A stretch of 64,000 bases of DNA from Podarcis vaucheri (lineage: Eukaryota). Both the position numbers and the translations under genes were made by a program. Position 1 is the first letter of the stretch, and every line of letters starts with the position of its first letter. Shown piece by piece: positions 10,201 through 24,407 of this stretch. The stretch lies in the NCBI GenBank assembly GCA_965113315.1, contig OZ220369.1; one strand, 5' to 3'. The notes beneath the pieces are model-generated. The model made no database searches and was not told the DNA's origin. It saw only the letters and a program-made list of their open reading frames with translations.

Positions 10201-10930
10201 GGACAGGAGTTCAGGAAAACATGTCACAGATGAATGAAGAAGGAAGTGGCAATTGCAATCTTGATATTTACCCCCTCACAATGGGGACACAACCCCTATT
10301 GCTCTGGCCACTTCCATCCATTTTCACATGGGGGCATAATGCAGAATCAATTTCCGTTCAGCTTTTATTTCCGGAATGAAATTAGCTCATGAAAAAGAGC
10401 TTATCAAGGGCATAAAATATGCAAGAGACCCAGGTTATGTGTGGACTAGGTAGGAAAACCAAGATCTCAACATGCATTGAATGCAGAATATCATGTATTC
10501 AGTCTCAGGTTAGGTTTCTTTAGGTACAAATTCATCTAATGACCAGCTGGGGTTCAAGGAGCAAAGGGGTCAAAAAGTGCTAGTCTTTCAGCCTGGACCA
10601 ATGCAGCCACACTGGGTTCCCATATCTCCTCTGCTGCAGCCCATATGCCTTTGTGTGGGGCTGGTTCCCCTCTTTCTTGCCTTGTAGGTGGGCTATTGTC
10701 ATGCTGAGGCATCGGTAGGGGTGGGAAAGGAGGCTGTCTGACAAGAGCTTGGCATTTACAAATCTATGGTGTGACCACATTTGCAATACAATAGCTCTGT
10801 TCACCCCACTTTGAAAATGATACTGTAGCATGGAAAAGGTTCAGAAGAGGGAAACCAAAATGATCAAGGGTTGGAGTTTTCGGTTTAGGGAAAAGGTGAG
10901 CATGGCATAGAGAAAGTGGATGGGGATACC

Positions 10931-11056
10931 CAGTGGCATAGCGTGGGTTGTCAGCACCCGGGGCAAGGCAAGTAATTTGCGCCCCCTAACCCTAACCCCC
11001 AGATGTTGCACCCGGTGCGGCCGCCCCCCCCCCGCACTCCCCACGCTACGCCACTG
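10931..11056 (+). mobile_element. hAT MITE (CAGTGGCGTAGCGTGGG TIR family), copy 1
   Basis: 17-bp TIRs with one mismatch; 8-bp TSD GGGATACC. Confidence 0.9.
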
Positions 11057-13239
11057 GGGATACCACAGGAGGGAAGAGTGATCCTGCTTGTGAATTTCCC
11101 ACAGGCCTCTGGTTGGCCACTCTTAGAACAGGTTGCTAGACCAGATGGGCCACTGGCCTGATTCAGCAGGGTCTTACTATGTTCTTATCTTGCATATTAT
11201 TTATTCATTCATGTATTTAATGCATTTATATACTGTACCACCTTTCTCCCAAGTTGGGATTCAGGCTTAAACTGTGATGTGTTTATGCAACTATTCAAAT
11301 ATACCTGAGATGAGACGTGATATCACTGGTGGGGGGAGGGGGTAGAGAAAGAGAACACTCTAATTTTGTGGCAAGGTTAGAAAATGTGGTTGGCAGCTGT
11401 TCCTGCATCCTGAGATGAGACATTTTTACAACGTATTCACAGGGAAATAAATTTAAAGAGCAGTTTTTGATTACAGTTGCTGGAGAACAGACCATTTGTG
11501 CTGTGCCATTCTTTTCTGAATGACTCGGTGCTCTTGGGGCCAAACTGGATGTGACTGGGGAGTTCTGTGACTGGATCTCCTGAGTAGAGAAGGAGGAAAA
11601 CTCATCCAGTTGCCATTTTAATACAAACTTAGAGAATTTGCATTTCCTGAACCAATATACAAACTGAAACACAGCTTTCCTTTCACATCCCCTCTTCTCT
11701 GAATTCTGTAAGATTGCAAAACCGTGTGTAGTGAAAAGTGCATGTAAGAGTGGCTATATTAGTTTAAAAAAAATAAAGCAGAAAAATGCATTCTATGCTT
11801 GCAAAAAAAGCATTTATTAGGCAAATGCCCATAAAATACACACACATTTTAAAGCAAACTCTGTTTTCAAAAAAGCTTTCCAATTGATGTAGAAATGGGA
11901 CAGACTTAAGAGTGGGAAAATGAGAAACTGAAAGAAACTGAAATTGACAGATTCATCCTTCCTGAAATGAATAGGTTCATCCATGCCTAGCTGTAAGTTT
12001 TTGTCCCACTTATAAATGGATCTGGCTCACAGAACAGAGCAACGGAGTTTAAACCTTTCTGCCTTCCATTTTCCCAATGAAAACTCACACCCCACAACCA
12101 GCTATTTGTTATAGGCACATCATACCTATGGGGGGGGGAGTGCAGACATTTTAGAAAAAAGGTGAGTGAAGACTATGAAATTATACATGGTGTAGAGAAA
12201 GTGAATAAGGAGATATCCCCTCACGCCAGTCCAAGAATCCCAGAGTGATCCAGTGGCTCTGGTTAGGCAAAAGGAATCACTTATTCACACACTGCAATAG
12301 TTTAAACTGTGACATTTGCTACCACAAGAACCATTTGGATGGCTTTAAATGGGGATGAGACAAATTTGTCATAATGTCACTAGTCATAATGGGTATAACC
12401 CAATCCCAGTTTCAGAGTTGGTATGCTGTGAATGCTTGTTGCTGGGGGTCCTGCTATTGCCCTTCATGTTTTGCTTGTGGGTTTCTTTTGGGATAGGGTG
12501 AGGAAAGCCAGGACCACAGGTCAAATATGTGGTCCTCCAGGCTTTTCTGTGTGGCCCTCAGTCCACACCCCTCATCAGCCCTGCTCTGTGCCCATCTTTA
12601 GTGCTGGAACTGTGATAATTCAGGCCTGAGGGAGGATGCGGACAGCTATTTCTGTGTGTCTTTATATGCAGAAACCTTACCCTTTTGTGTGGCTGAAATG
12701 AAGCACGTTGTACAAAGGCACATCCCTTGCTTAGCCCTGGGGATGGAAGGAGCTGTCCATTTTGGTCCTCTCTATTTCTTGTTCTTCCAATCTTAAATGC
12801 AGTTCTCTGCATTTCTGCAACAATCTGTTGGTTTATTTAAAAAAAAAAATCCTCATGAGAATTCTTCAGAATTTCAGTACGAATTTCTCCCAGGGAGCAC
12901 ATTTTTAATTCAGCTTAACTGATATAAACGGTTTTGCAAATTGTTTTCCCTAACAGGACAATTTTTTGCACATTGTTTTCACCAATAAATGCATTCTTAG
13001 GTACACTTTCTCCTAATATAAGCATTTTTGTTAATACTGTAGTGTTTGGCTGGAGAACAGCACCACAACATTCAGATAAGTGCAGATTTCAGAGGATGGA
13101 TGTGTGTATTATTTCACAAATCTGATAGATTGAGCTTTGTATGTGAACTGAATCAAACTTATGCCCACTTTTGCCTCTGGAGCCATGCACCACTGGTGTG
13201 TGATTCCTGGAAGGATGCTCACAAAGAACCATTGGACTG

Positions 13240-13590
13240 AAAATGGCCTCAATCCAGTATACCTGAAGGAGCATCTCCACCCCCATCGTTCTGCCCGGAT
13301 ACTGAGGTCCAGCGCCAAGGGCCTTCTGGCGGTTCCCTCATTGTGAAAAGACAAGTTACAGTTACAGGAAACCAAGCAGAGGGCCTTCTTGGTAGTGGCA
13401 TCCACCCTGTGGAATGCCCTCCCATCAGATGCCAAAGAAATAAACAACTATCGGACTTTTAGAAGACATCTGAAGGCAGCCCTGTTTAGGGAAGCTTTTA
13501 ATATTTGATTAATTACTGTATTTTAATATTTTGTTGGAAGCCACCCAGAGTGGCTGGGGAAACCCATCCAGATGGGAGGGGTATAAATAA

Positions 13591-13626
<36 letters not shown>

Positions 13627-13650
13627 GTTATTATTATTATTATTATTAGT
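13240..13650 (+). mobile_element. L2-clade LINE 3' end with a (TTA)n tail
   Basis: Encodes GLNPVYLKEHL...RILRSS; continues ...agggccttctt...tggaatgccctccc...ggggtataaataaattattatt. Confidence 0.75.
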
Positions 13651-14929
13651 TCCCCTTCTGTGCCATATGAGTATGTGACTAGCCACTGTCAAAGCAGAAT
13701 GCTGAACTAGATGGTAGGCCTTTGCTCTTAGAAAGCTGGACTTACTTGGATCCTTGCAGTATATTGGCTTTTTTTCTTTCAGTTCTTTTCTTTTTTACTT
13801 CAGAGTTGCTTAAAAACAAAATCAGTTTCTATAGGGTGGCAAGGTCAGATTCACACACATACCCCCACTTCAAGCAAAGGGTCCTCCTCCCCAATAGCAC
13901 AACCCTTCTCAGTTTTAGTTTGCAGGGCACCTAAAAAGGCCACAGGCAGTGTGAACCAATTCACGATTTTCATGTCTTGCTTGTTCCAGGTTAAAGGGGA
14001 ACCATGGAAGCTACTTTGTCTGAGACAGGGATGGAGAAAACTGCCAATTTTGCTTTTCCTTGCTTTCTTGTTTTTCCAAGCTTCTATTCAGCTCATATTC
14101 CAACTTCAGTTTGCTTTTTTAAAAAAAGTCCTCACAGAAATTCACCAGCATTTTTTAAGTGTGCCTTTCTCTCAGCAAGACACATTTACCGCTTTCCTAC
14201 AATCATGCGGCATACAAATTTTGTGAAATAAATAAGCTTTCTGTGCAACTTGGCCTATGTTCCCTAACAGCGAAAGTTTTTGTATGTTACTTTTGCTAAT
14301 TTAAGAATTATATGTACACTTGCCCCAGTATACACATTTTCTGGTCAGAGAACTGCTTTGCAACATTCAGAGTACAGAAGCTTTGGGAGGAAAGCTGGGT
14401 TTCGGTTTTAGGAAGTACAAATTAGTTAGATTTACATTAAAATAACCTTTTGGGGGGAAAGGTGGAGGAGAGGGTAATGGCAGAGCAACTGCCTGTGTTT
14501 CTGGACGACACATAATATCTGGATCCAGTCCAATCTGGGTTTGGGCCTAGTTTCTGGACTGAATCCCCCTTGTTCGCACTGATGGATGACCATCCTTGGT
14601 GACCTCTCCTCCTACATTGGGAGAGGGAACACTGGGAGTGTGACCCTGCCTATCTCTCAGCAGCCTTTGATACCATTGACCATTATATCCTCTCCTGAAT
14701 GGGATGGGTATTGGAAGCAGTATTCCAGTGGTTCCATTGAGTGGTTCCAGTAGCACTATTCTAGAGTGGTTCCAGTGGCATGGTTAAGTCCAGAGAGTAT
14801 CTTTGGGGGAGTACTGTTTGACCCCTTGGCCCTATGAGGTTTTGCAGAGCACTAATTTGTCCCCCATGTTATATAACATCTATTTGAAGTGATCACAGTG
14901 GAAGAACAGTGCCATCGCATACAGCTGTT

Positions 14930-15310
14930 TCATCTGAATCAGGAGAGGCTGTGCAAGCTTTGGATCAGTGTCTTGATGTAGGGGTCATAGCTGTCAATGT
15001 TTCCCTTTTTTAAAGGGAAATTCCCTTATTCCGAATAGGATTCCTCGCAAGAAAAGGGAAAATTGACAGCTATGGTAGGGGTGCTATGGGCAAGGATCAA
15101 TAAACTGAGTTTGAACCCTGGGAAGACGGAGGCTCTCTGGGTAGCTGGTTCCTGTGTCTGGAAGATAGGCCGGCCGCCTGTTCTGGTTGAGACTGCACTC
15201 CTTCTCAAGGATCGGGTAGGTAGCTTAAGGTAACTCCTTGATACATCTTTGCCATTAGAGGCTGAAATGACCTCTGTTTCTAGGAGTTCCTTTTATAGGC
15301 ATCTGGTACA
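14930..15310 (+). mobile_element. Decayed L2-clade LINE RT fragment, interrupted by the 89-bp MITE
   Basis: aataaactgagtttgaaccctgggaagacggaggctctc encodes NKLSLNPGKTEAL, the L2-type LNPxKTE motif. Confidence 0.6.
14986..15074. mobile_element. 89-bp hAT MITE
   Basis: TIRs CATAGCTGTCAAT / ATTGACAGCTATG; perfect 8-bp TSD GTAGGGGT; inserted in an L2-like RT fragment. Confidence 0.85.
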
Positions 15311-15315
15311 CCAGC

Positions 15316-15487
15316 CAGTGGCATAGTGTGGGGGTGCAGGGGGGCCGGCCGCACCGGGCGTAACATCTGGGGGGGCGCTCGCACTCGCAGTGCTAAAATC
15401 CACGGGTTAGGGTGCTAAAATCCATGGGTTAGGGGGCACAAATTACTTGCCTTGCCCCGGGTGCTGACAACCCACGCTACGCCACTG
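15316..15487 (-). mobile_element. hAT MITE, same family, copy 2
   Basis: TIRs CAGTGGCATAGTGTGGG / CCCACGCTACGCCACTG; 8-bp TSD ACACCAGC. Confidence 0.9.
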
Positions 15488-16138
15488 ACACCAGCCAGAG
15501 CCATATCTGCTTCAGGATCATATTTAAAGGTTGCACATTGCCCTGATATGTCATGATATGGCAGCAAAGAAATGCTTTTATGAATAGAAATAAGTGTCAA
15601 ATAAAACTGAATTCTTTTTCCAAGCCTCCCCCCCAAAAAAAAACAAACCAGGAAGCTAGCACCATGTAGAAATCCATTAACCTAAATTTTTACATGTCTG
15701 CCTGCGACTCTGGGTTGGGTCTTTTCCAGATGCAGGGCTAATGGTGTAAATACAACAATCACACAAGGCCGGCCAGCCTCCACAGTTTGCCATTATTGGT
15801 TTCCCTAATCCCCACACCTGAAAAATGTACAGTCCAAATTTAATCCTACCCCATGTCATATCAGACACTGAAGCCTTTTGATCCGCTTCAGAACATACAG
15901 GATTTATTTGAAAGCTTTTTGACATACGCTTCACATCTCTCAACTTAATAAAAAAATCTCCAGCTGGCCTCATGTTCAGCCTTCCCAAGAGCCAAAATGA
16001 AAAATGCCAAATTGCCTTGGCATATTCTGGTCATGCCCAGGAGACGAAGGAAGAAATGGGCTGGCAGAGGGTGAGAAATTATTCCAAACATTTAGCGTAC
16101 GCAGGAGGAGGGTGTCTATGAGCTATCATGACAGGGGG

Positions 16139-16171
<33 letters not shown>

Positions 16172-17186
16172 CCTGAGAGAAGAGAGTATTCGCATTGTGA
16201 AAAAAGGGGAAAGCTGTAAGAAAAATAATAACAGAACTCTCCCTTTTAAGAAGCGTAAGTTGAAAAAGGAATTAATTCTGATATAATCTTTTAATAACTA
16301 TTTTAGCCTGGTTTGGGAGTTAAAGTCATTTAACAATTTGATTGTAACTAAGAAATAGTGCCCAGGTTTTCTTCTTTCCTCTTCCCTTCCCTTCCTTTTT
16401 ACATTTTGTGCCATTCACTTCAGATTGTTAGCTGTTTTCTCATTGACATTTATAAGCTGCTGCCTGGGAGTTACTTATAAGCTACTGTTCTCAATAACCA
16501 TGCCTATGCCTTTAAAACTGGGGGTGGTGGTATTATTTTGTTATGTTACGTATTTTTATGCCATAAACCACCTTGTGATCCTCGGATGAAGTTTATATAA
16601 ATCTAAATCATCATGATTATCATCAATGGGCCTTAGGTCTGATTCAGCAAGGCTACTTACGTTCATGAGTTACATGACTCATGATGAAACTCATGGGGCT
16701 AAGTCCTTGAAGGGCTGTTCTCTGTAAGCCTTTCAGGTATAAGAAGGAAGTGTTTCTCCAGTATCTCTTAGTGTTTAAGAACATAAGATGAGCCTGCTGG
16801 ATCAGGCCTATGGTCCATGTAGTCCAGCAACCTGCTCTCACAGTGGCCAACCAGATGCCTGCAAACCGCAAGCAGGATTCGAGCCCCAGAGCATTCTACC
16901 CTGGCATTCAGAAACATCGCTGCCTCCAAGTGTGGAAGTAGAGCACAGCCATCCTGGCCAGTAGCCATCAATAGTCACCCCCCCCCCAATGAATTTGTCT
17001 CATCCTCTTCTAAAGCCATCCACATTGGTAGCCATTACTGCCTCCTGTAGGAGCAAGTTCTATAGTTTGAGTCTGCACTGTGTGAATAAGTCCTTTCTTG
17101 TATCTGTCCTGATTCTTCCAACATTCAGCTTCATTGAACGTTTGTGCAATGTGAGTGCATGGGGGGGAGGGGAGGGGGGAGGGAGG

Positions 17187-17241
<55 letters not shown>

Positions 17242-17776
17242 TACATCATCTTTCAGATGTTTGGGAAATAATGGCCGTGTCTTTTCCTCATACCTCTTAG
17301 GATCAAGATAATTTTTTTCAGAACACACAAAAAATGTGCTTGAATACAAATGTGGTTCACCTAGAGAGATTTTTTAAAAATGCAATTCCATTTTCTTGGA
17401 CTCTTGGGATATTTCCAACATATTCTGTCAGGCATGGAAGCTCCAAGTGTCTCTTTCCTCAAAGTTTATAGAAATTTCTCAATTTGTTTCCAGTGTAATG
17501 AATACTGACTGACTCTTGAAACGACACCCAGTTCCCTGAGACAGGAGAAGGACAAGATGAATTAAAGAAACATCCGTATGTACTGCTCATTTCCTGTAGA
17601 GGAGATGATGATCCTGGAAATGAATTGTGCACTTTCCCTCTAGCCCCAGTGCCCAAAACAATCTGCATCTTTACAACCACATAAAGCCCTTTTCTCTGCG
17701 ATGCTGCCAGTTGTATTGTAAATACATTGGGGATGCAAGCATGCAAGGATTTGCGGCTTGGGCTGATTGTATCTCT

Positions 17777-17823
<47 letters not shown>

Positions 17824-20800
17824 CTACACATACTTTTGTAGGTCAGCTCAGGGTATAAATTTTTATTAGGTCTCTTCTTAAGAATATATTATGGGCTCTG
17901 CTTGATCCTATTATTATGAACCCCTTAAGAACAGTGTCATAAAGATGTAACATGCTTCTCTCTGCCCCCTCTCCTGTCAGTTCACACCAAGGACGCCATC
18001 CATCAGAAGGTTTTCCAGGACAGTCCCCACTGATATGAATGAAGTTCTGCAAGAGGTGTGCAGATCCCATTTATTTCAATGGCAATTGTGCAGGAAAGCT
18101 ATCTAGTGCACTGCATGCTAACATCGTAACTATTTTCTTACCTTTTCTGCCCAGAGAGATGTGAGTTAAGGAACTTGGCATGGCTGTGGAATTGTTTCGG
18201 ATCTGAAATGAATCAGAGGTGCTTTGCAGAAAGCCGAGCAGAGATGAAGTGGCTGGAACAGGAGGGCTCAGAAATCGAAGCTTTGTTGCTCTGCAAACCA
18301 TCTGCATTTTAGATGCTGCCCTTTACCTTACCTCTGCCTATTTTGTAAAGATTTCCAGTGGACTGACTCTGGAGTCTTTTCCTAATAAAGACACCAAGAA
18401 GTGGGGAGGGGGACTGGAGGCAAGTGAGAGCAAGCCAGGAGTCAACAGACTAATGTCTGACATTACCTACATCTTTACGCCCTATAGATATTGCTGAACT
18501 CCAGCTCCCATCAGCACCAGCTGATGTGACCAATGGTCAGCGATGATGGGAGTTGCAGTTCAGCATGATCTGGGGGACCACAGTTTAGCATTATCGCAAT
18601 TGGGCATACAATATGAAGCTTACCTGAACTTTTGAAGGCAGGATTTGGCATAGTGATAAAGCAGGAAGGGCTGTTTGCCATGGAGGGTGAGGGATAGCGT
18701 ATGAAAACCTCCCGTTGCAGCAAGCTGATTTGAGGAAGTAGTTGCTAGGTTTAGAACCAACAAGTGGATTCTGCCAGTTGTAGCTTCTGCCATTGCAGTT
18801 TTGACCTGGTATTCTGTTCTGCTGGTTCCCTGGACTCAGAAAGTGGAATCATTAAACAAAGCTTCTTTCAAATCACTAAACTGGTCAGGACCCTGGACAG
18901 TTCCCAAGGGTCCCCTTGGCAAATTTTATATATTGATTTGAGCCAACCACTTAATTCATATATGGAGAATAAATGATGTCAAAATTCACAGGAGATAATG
19001 TTAAGTGTGTTTTGTTTTTGCTTTTAGTCCAGGGGGCGGGGAGGCACTTCCTTCAGCTCTGCTGTTGCAGATGCCACTGCTGCGGTGAGCTCTCACTGCT
19101 GTCACATTCAAGGAAGAATAATTTGGTGGCCCTCAATTGGAATGGGATGCTATTTCCCCGACGGAGAGGTCATCCTTTCCATCTTGTTCAGCCGGTGGTA
19201 TTTGCTCAGAGCACAGAGATTGGCAGGCTCTTTCCTAATGACAAGGTCTCTCTGCCCTGGAGGGCAGCATCATTATATCTTCGTCAGGCAGCTCTTTTAT
19301 AAAGGTTTGCCTGTTTTTAAGGGTCGCTATGTATGAAAGGTATATGAAAATACACCAATGAACTTTGGCCCTTCCAACAGCAAAACAAATCTATGTGTTG
19401 CAAGAAGGTGAGATGAAGAGGAAGAGGAAGTTGGTTTTTTTCTCCATAGAACTAAAGGTGCTAATTAATTAGTATTTTAATTAACTAAAACTTGAGTGAG
19501 AGCTGTGCAGGAGAATGGGGCTTATGCAGGAGAATTTAGAGGGAGGGAGCATCTGTCATCTCAGATGTTGATGGACATCTGTACCCCTCCAGATGTTGTT
19601 GGACTCCAACTTTCATTAGCCCCGTCAGCGTGGAAAATAGTCGAGGATTATGGGTGTTGTCCAGCAACATCTGGACAGCTACAGATGCCTCCCTACCACC
19701 CACACACTGCAAGATTGTGCCCTTCAGTTGCTTAATTAGTGGCTACCAATTTAAATAATTATGAGCTAAATTCAGCTGGTTGGGCCCATGCGTTGAGAGC
19801 TTCACCTTTTATACCTAAAGTTCTGGTGCATTGCAATAATAAGGAGCCATATTCAATATGGCTTTCCTTTCTTGTCCATGGTTCTGTTCAGAAAGCACAT
19901 CGAATGATGGTTTTCACAACCGAACAATGGTGAACCAGCTGCTTTTCTGCTTTTGTTTCCCATCTTCTCTGTTCACTCCTTTCCCTGTAGCACAGAAGCC
20001 TCTGGACTTTAGGTAAGGGTCACAGCTGTGGTTTGCCAGTCCAGAGACCATACAAACCATGGTTAAGCTTCTCTAATTGTGGTTTGTCATGATGTATGAT
20101 GAGTCCAATGGCTCTGTAAATGGCAAGTTATCTTACACCTTACTTTCTCAGAAAGTACCTTACTATCTTACACCTTAGTGTCTCAGAAAGGCACTATTAT
20201 TGAGGTATTATTAATATATATGTGTGTTTGCATTTTTAAAAATAAGGTAATTGATTAATCAGTAAAATACAAGTGTTCAAAACTAAAAGCTCCATTTTTT
20301 TCCCTTGCATGAAATCTTTCCTCCACTATTCTTGCACTTTTGGGAGACTCATTAATGAAATATAAAAACTGGTATCTCGGGGCTCATGGTTGGTTTATTT
20401 TGGATTGTGGACAAAAATTCACACTCTTCAAAAGCCGATAATTCTATTTGCTAGTTTTGTCTATACTGTATGCTCCAGGATAGGTGCTACTGTCCTCATT
20501 GCGCATTTATAGTGATGACAGTTTCCAGATCGTTTCGTTGGCAAGCTGTGGCTGAATTTTCCTTCAGGGCTTCCTCCCCATCCTCTGCAACTGTCAGGGA
20601 ACAGGAGGGGCTTGACAGCTTCTGCTAGGCAGGGACCAGAAAGCCTACACGATATTTTCCTCACACTTTGCTCTCTTGCAGAGGCAGTTTGAGAAATGAC
20701 TAAGATCACATCTGCACCAAGCATTTAAAGCAGTGATGCCCCTTGAACAGTCGTGGAAACTTCTGGGAGCGTTGGTTTGTTTAGGGTGCTGGGAAGACTG

Positions 20801-21671
20801 GCTCTACGAGGTCAGCACCCTTAACAAGCTACAGTTCCCAGGATTCTCCATGACTGTTAAAGTGGTGCAAGAGTCCTTTAAATGTATGGTGTGAATGTGA
20901 CCCAAGGAAGGGAGGGCCAAGGATGCAATCCTCACTCCTCACAGTAGCCTTCTGCCCAAGATACTCCACATTTTCCTGGTGTTATAGGACTAGGTGACAC
21001 TTCTCAGGAGGGTCTCCCGTTTGCTGGAGCTTACCACAGCAGAGTATCAACAGCTAGCAAATTCCAAAGGGCAAGTTTGCAGTCTAAGATCCGAACAGTA
21101 TCCAGCTGTGAGGAAGCAAAGCACAAGTTCTCCAGCTCAGGAGCTTTGAGGTCAGAAGTTGAAGCAGGCAGAGTATGCAACTCTGCTTTGACCAGGTGAG
21201 GTGAAAAACAAACAAAAAAGCAGACAGTCTCCTGCACTTAATTCCAGGCCTGGCCAATCCAGGGTCTTCCTACTGTCTGCCAGTTACAGGGCTGGATCTT
21301 TACATCGCTGTTCCCCTTTATGCCTGTAGAAGTCTTTCAGAGGCCTGCACAGTCCATGATGTAGCTCACCCAAAGGATTCTGGCTGTGCGATCCAAGTCC
21401 TGCCCTCTGTTCCATTGTGAATTCGCCAGAGAAGGAAGCTCCCTGCCCTGCCCTGCCCTTCAGCATGGTATTGCAGTGACCAGCTCATCAGTGGCACTTG
21501 ACCCTTGTGTCAGGTAAGGCTCCATCTGCCTGTCTCTGGTAAAGCTGGCTCACAGCCCCAGAAAACAATCAAAACAGAAGTGGCTAAGGGATGTGGCATA
21601 GAGTAAATCAGGAAAAAAATTGGCCTTCAACAGCCATGATCCAGATGACGTGCTGCATTTGTTCTGCATGG

Positions 21672-22110
21672 CATGGAGAAAGTGGATAGGGGAAAGGGTT
21701 TTCTTTCTCCTTATAACACTAGAACTCATGAACATCCAATGAAACTGGATGTTGGAGGATTCAGGACAGATAAAAGGAAATGCTGCTTCACGCGGAACAT
21801 TGTTACGCTATGGAACTCAGCACCACAAGAGGCAGTGATGGCCACCAACTTAGATGGCTTTAAAAGAAGATTTGCAAATTCATGGAGGGGAGGGGTGTGG
21901 ATGGCTACTAGCCCCAATGGCTTTTCGCTGCTTCCACAGTTGGAGACAATAATGCTTCTGAATACCAGTTGCTGGAAGTCACAGGAGGGTAGAATGTTCT
22001 TGTGAACAAATACTGCTTGTGTATTTCACATAGACATCTGGTTGGCGACTGAGAACAGGATTCTAAGCTAGATGGGCAATTGGCCTGATGCACTGGCCTG
22101 GCTCTGTGTT
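21672..22110 (+). mobile_element. Second CR1 subfamily, 3' end with a long 3'UTR
   Basis: Decayed ORF2 end (NTRTHEHPMKL...LWNSAPQEAVMATNLDGFK) followed by the UTR. UTR-only copies lie at about 4384-4590, 7400-7670, 11085-11190, 16775-17140, 26868-27010, 35045-35265, 46177-46334 and 53615-53960. Confidence 0.75.
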
Positions 22111-23579
22111 CTAATATTCACAGCCTTTTTAAAATGAAAAAAGAAAGCTATTCTAAGCCCAATAGAACTGTGCATGCTTCATTGCAGCTTTATTGCAGAC
22201 AATGCAGTAGGAATTGGAGGGTGGGATTTGTTATGTTTGTATTTGAACGTGAACCTAACAAATTCATGCCTCCCCCCCCATAAAAAAAGGTAAACCGAAA
22301 TTCAACTATGCTTTCTCTGACTTTTGCAATTCAGGTCTCCAACCAAAAAAATGTGCACAAAAAGTGTGTATCTTGGTGAATCTAATAATGGCATTGTGGG
22401 GGAAATTATTTCAAAAACATCAAACAAAATGGCAAATATTCCCCCCTTTAAAAATGTGCATAAAAATGGGTCTGATTTTTTTGTGTTGAGGGTTTTGTTT
22501 TCTTTCTTTTTTTAAGCAACACCCTCTAAACAGATGCAAAAATGGGGTGAACTAAAGGCTGGGGAAATGAAGAAGAGAGAGGGAGAGAAACCAAATGGAC
22601 AGATTGGTCCATCCTTAATTGTGCATTGCATGTGCCTGTCCACCTGGCACATCAGAAGATGCAGCCATCCAGTTCAAGGGGGATTGGGTGGGCAGATGAA
22701 TATTGCAGTGCACATCTGCACCCACCAGTGGCTCCATGTGTGGCAATCTTCCAGCTGCAGGTCTTCCTTGGAAGAAAGGGCATGGTGGAACATGACCTGT
22801 TTGTCCTCCTCTAGTTCTCCTCTGACTGCCATTCTAACTGTGTAGCTAGAAGTCTGTGAAGTTGAGTTGCTGTTTGCTCAGTTTCCTGGGATTTGCATGT
22901 GGCTGTGACTCTGCATATAGTGGGCTTAGCAATGGGATGCAGAGTCACACGGCTCCTTGAGCGCCTGGCTGTAAAGGGAGTGTTCAGCTCACCTTCTTTT
23001 CTTTGTCCTCCACCATTAATTAAATCTGCTCTTTCCTCCTGGGTGACAATTAAACATCTGCAGGATGTGGGGAATTTTAGCACCGGGCAGGGAAGGAGAA
23101 CTCTGCCTCTTTCTGTTCTTAGCATAATTGCTTGCTTTTTAATGAGGAAGGTGGTTTTTTTAAAAAAAACAAACCCAAATGCCTAACTATTGCTGCTTCT
23201 GCATGCAGGATTATTTGCATATCACTTCATCAAGTTAAAAAGGGTGTGAAAATGCCACACTCTTTTTCTACCCCTCTGCTTGGTTTTAATGAAGGATAAA
23301 GTTTCTCACTAATGACGGTAGGGAAATTAGTTTCAAATCCCCAAGGACTCATGAAAGAAGCACCAAGGATATCAAAAGGACAAAGAGAAGGGAAAGGAGT
23401 GGGGGTGGGAAATCGAGACACCAAATCTCACAAAGGCCTTTGGGCGTTGTCATCCAAGAGACGGCTAAGTTTTCCATTTAATATAAGTATCGGGGAACTC
23501 TACGAGGCTGCTCCGAAGGGAATACTGATGACGAACTGACCAATAAGTGATGCTCAGAAAAGCACCATATGTAATCAAT

Positions 23580-23967
23580 GGAGCCTGGAGAAGAGGAGGT
23601 TAAGGGGTGATATGATAGCCATGTTCAAATATATAAAAGGATGTCACATAGAGGAGGGAGAAAGGTTGTTTTCTGCTGCTCCAGAGAAGCGGACACGGAG
23701 CAATGGATCCAAACTACAAGAAAGAAGATTCCACCTAAACATTCGGAAGAACTTCCTGACAGTAAGAGCTGTTCGACAGTGGAATTTGCTGCCAAGGAGT
23801 GTGGTGGAGTCTCCTACTTTGGAGGTCTTTAAGCAGAGGCTTGACAACCATATGTCAGGAGTGCTCTGATGGTGTTTCCTGCTTGGCAGGGGGTTGGACT
23901 CGATGGCCCTTGTGGTCTCTTCCAACTCTATGATTCTATGATTCTATGATTCTATGATTCTATGATC
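23580..23967 (+). mobile_element. Young CR1 LINE 3' end
   Basis: Open ORF2 C-terminus (LEKRRLRGDMIAMFKYIKG...FLTVRAVRQWNLLPRSVVESPTLEVFKQRLDNHM) and an (ATTCTATG)n tail. Confidence 0.92.
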
Positions 23968-24407
23968 TCCAACGTTGTTGATATAGAAACGGCAGTGTTT
24001 TTCTTCTTATCTTGTATTCAGAAGAAACATGAGTTCTGACAATCTAATATTTTGTTTGTTTACAGCAGGGTCCTTTCTAACTTAACTAAGGGCCAACCCT
24101 GACATCACCCCATTCACACAATTAGAAATACTCTTTAAGAGTAAATGGACAGCATAGGACCCTCCAATCCACATCAGGATTGGGAGGAACAAGGGGCTGT
24201 TCACTTTTTTCCCACCATGCTGTCATTTTTGTTTGGTTCCAATCAAGATATTGCATTTTGTGTTTCTTTCAGGATTTTCTTTTTATTCTACGTTCTGTTT
24301 AATGCTACCCCTTCCTGCTCACCCAATGGTCCATCTGATGATGAAGGGAAGTTTAAACCTCTCCACACACCCCAGTGCCATGCCTACTCTTCCTTTCTGC
24401 CACTATT

